A stretch of 61,241 nt of DNA, the filler included. It is 8 parts of 8 records of this genome, joined end to end, with 100 filler letters (N's around TTAATTAATTAA, not from the genome) between each part and the next. Parts side by side here need not be neighbours in the genome. Positions count along the whole stretch, not along the records: positions 57,282 to 61,241 come from SRR20825010_6939; 7 more parts are not named here. The stretch is one strand, 5' to 3'. This document shows positions 60,405 to 61,241 of this stretch, one piece after another. The notes beneath the pieces were generated by a model. It saw only the letters and a program-made list of their open reading frames with translations. It made no database searches and had not been told where the DNA came from. A program made the position numbers and the translations under genes. Each line of letters opens with the position of its first letter. The first letter of the stretch is position 1.

Positions 60405-61241
60405 ATGATCCCGCGTTATGCCCGAGAAGAAATGACCGCCATTTGGGAGCCGGAAAGCAAATTCCGCATCTGGTTCGAGATTGAGGCCCATGCTTGCGAT
60501 GCGCAAGCTAAACTTGGCGTAATCCCCGAAGCCGCGGCGAAGGCCGTCTGGGAACGCGGTAATTTCGATATCGAGCGGATTGATGAAATCGAGCGGGAAA
60601 CCAAGCATGATGTGATCGCGTTCCTCACCAACCTTGCCGAATATGTCGGGGATGAGGCGCGTTTCGTGCATCAGGGCATGACGTCGTCGGACGTGCTGGA
60701 TACATGTCTGTCGGTACAGCTGACCAAGGCTTGCGATATCCTGCTGGATGATATGGACAAGCTGCTCGCCGCGCTTAAAGCCAAGGCCTATGCCCATAAG
60801 GATGACGTCTGCGTCGGACGCTCCCACGGTATCCATGCGGAGCCGGTGACCTTCGGCCTCAAGATGGCGCAGGCTTACGCGGAATTTGATCGCAACCGCG
60901 AACGGCTGGTGAACGCGCGGAAGGATATCGCGACCTGCGCCATTTCTGGCGCTGTCGGAACATTCGCGAATATTGATCCCTTTGTTGAGGAACATGTGGC
61001 GAAGTCCCTCGGCCTCACGCCGGAGCCTGCCTCCACGCAGGTGATCCCGCGGGACCGTCACGCGATGTTCTTTGCGACCCTCGGCGTGATCGCCAGTTCC
61101 ATCGAACGGCTCGCCGTTGAAATCCGTCATTTGCAGCGGACGGAAGTGCTGGAAGCGGAAGAATATTTCGCGCCGGGGCAAAAGGGCTCTTCCGCCATGC
61201 CGCATAAGCGCAACCCGGTCCTGACCGAAAACCTGACCGGC
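60405..61241 (+). CDS. purB: adenylosuccinate lyase (runs off the window edge)
   Basis: Not in ORF track (no stop in window). Manual translation MIPRYAREEMTAIW...'TKHDVIAF', 'HQGMTSSDV', 'GRSHGIHAEP', 'GSSAMPHKRNP'. Confidence 0.96.
   Translation, partial: MIPRYAREEMTAIWEPESKFRIWFEIEAHACDAQAKLGVIPEAAAKAVWERGNFDIERIDEIERETKHDVIAFLTNLAEYVGDEARFVHQGMTSSDVLDTCLSVQLTKACDILLDDMDKLLAALKAKAYAHKDDVCVGRSHGIHAEPVTFGLKMAQAYAEFDRNRERLVNARKDIATCAISGAVGTFANIDPFVEEHVAKSLGLTPEPASTQVIPRDRHAMFFATLGVIASSIERLAVEIRHLQRTEVLEAEEYFAPGQKGSSAMPHKRNPVLTENLTG

Noticed and set aside
60357-61205. 282-aa minus-strand ORF
   Set aside because: Antisense shadow of purB, which is clearly encoded on the + strand

Overview
This window is not one locus. 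It holds eight unrelated contigs joined by identical 100-nt spacers (N44-TTAATTAATTAA-N44), so only gene neighbourhoods inside a contig are meaningful. Taxon calls are inferred from protein style and base composition. (1) 1-17760, AT-rich Flavobacteriaceae-like: arsenic operon (arsR, DUF6428-like, GNAT, arsC, acr3), frameshifted nhaA, ffh, folD, queE and partial gyrB. (2) 17861-27969, a second Flavobacteriaceae-like contig: prfB with its +1 programmed frameshift, a TonB-dependent receptor, an unlisted 57-aa membrane protein, fumC and ettA. (3) 28070-37678, planctomycete (Gimesia-like): redoxin multidomain protein, S41 peptidase, PVC-type heme-binding protein, nrnA-like, ribF. (4) 37779-43902, alphaproteobacterial: SulP-USP, a HAD-UbiA/DprE1/DprE2-like lipid-linked pentofuranose pathway and ccoN. 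(5) 44003-48270, planctomycete: leuA preceded by a complete leucine leader-peptide attenuator, sulfite reductase, pgpA. (6) 48371-52296, alphaproteobacterial: regB-regA followed directly by an orphan beta-class DNA methyltransferase, then gmhA-hldE. (7) 52397-57181, betaproteobacterial (Limnobacter-like): DUF1302-DUF1329-YCF48 envelope cluster. (8) 57282-61241, alphaproteobacterial: cinA-like, sfsA, map, radC, purB. The strongest leads are the planctomycete leucine attenuator, the arabinofuranose-donor cassette that lacks its transferase, the RegBA-linked orphan methyltransferase and the Cys/His-rich unknown gene in the ars operon. No rRNA, tRNA, CRISPR array or transposase was recognised.
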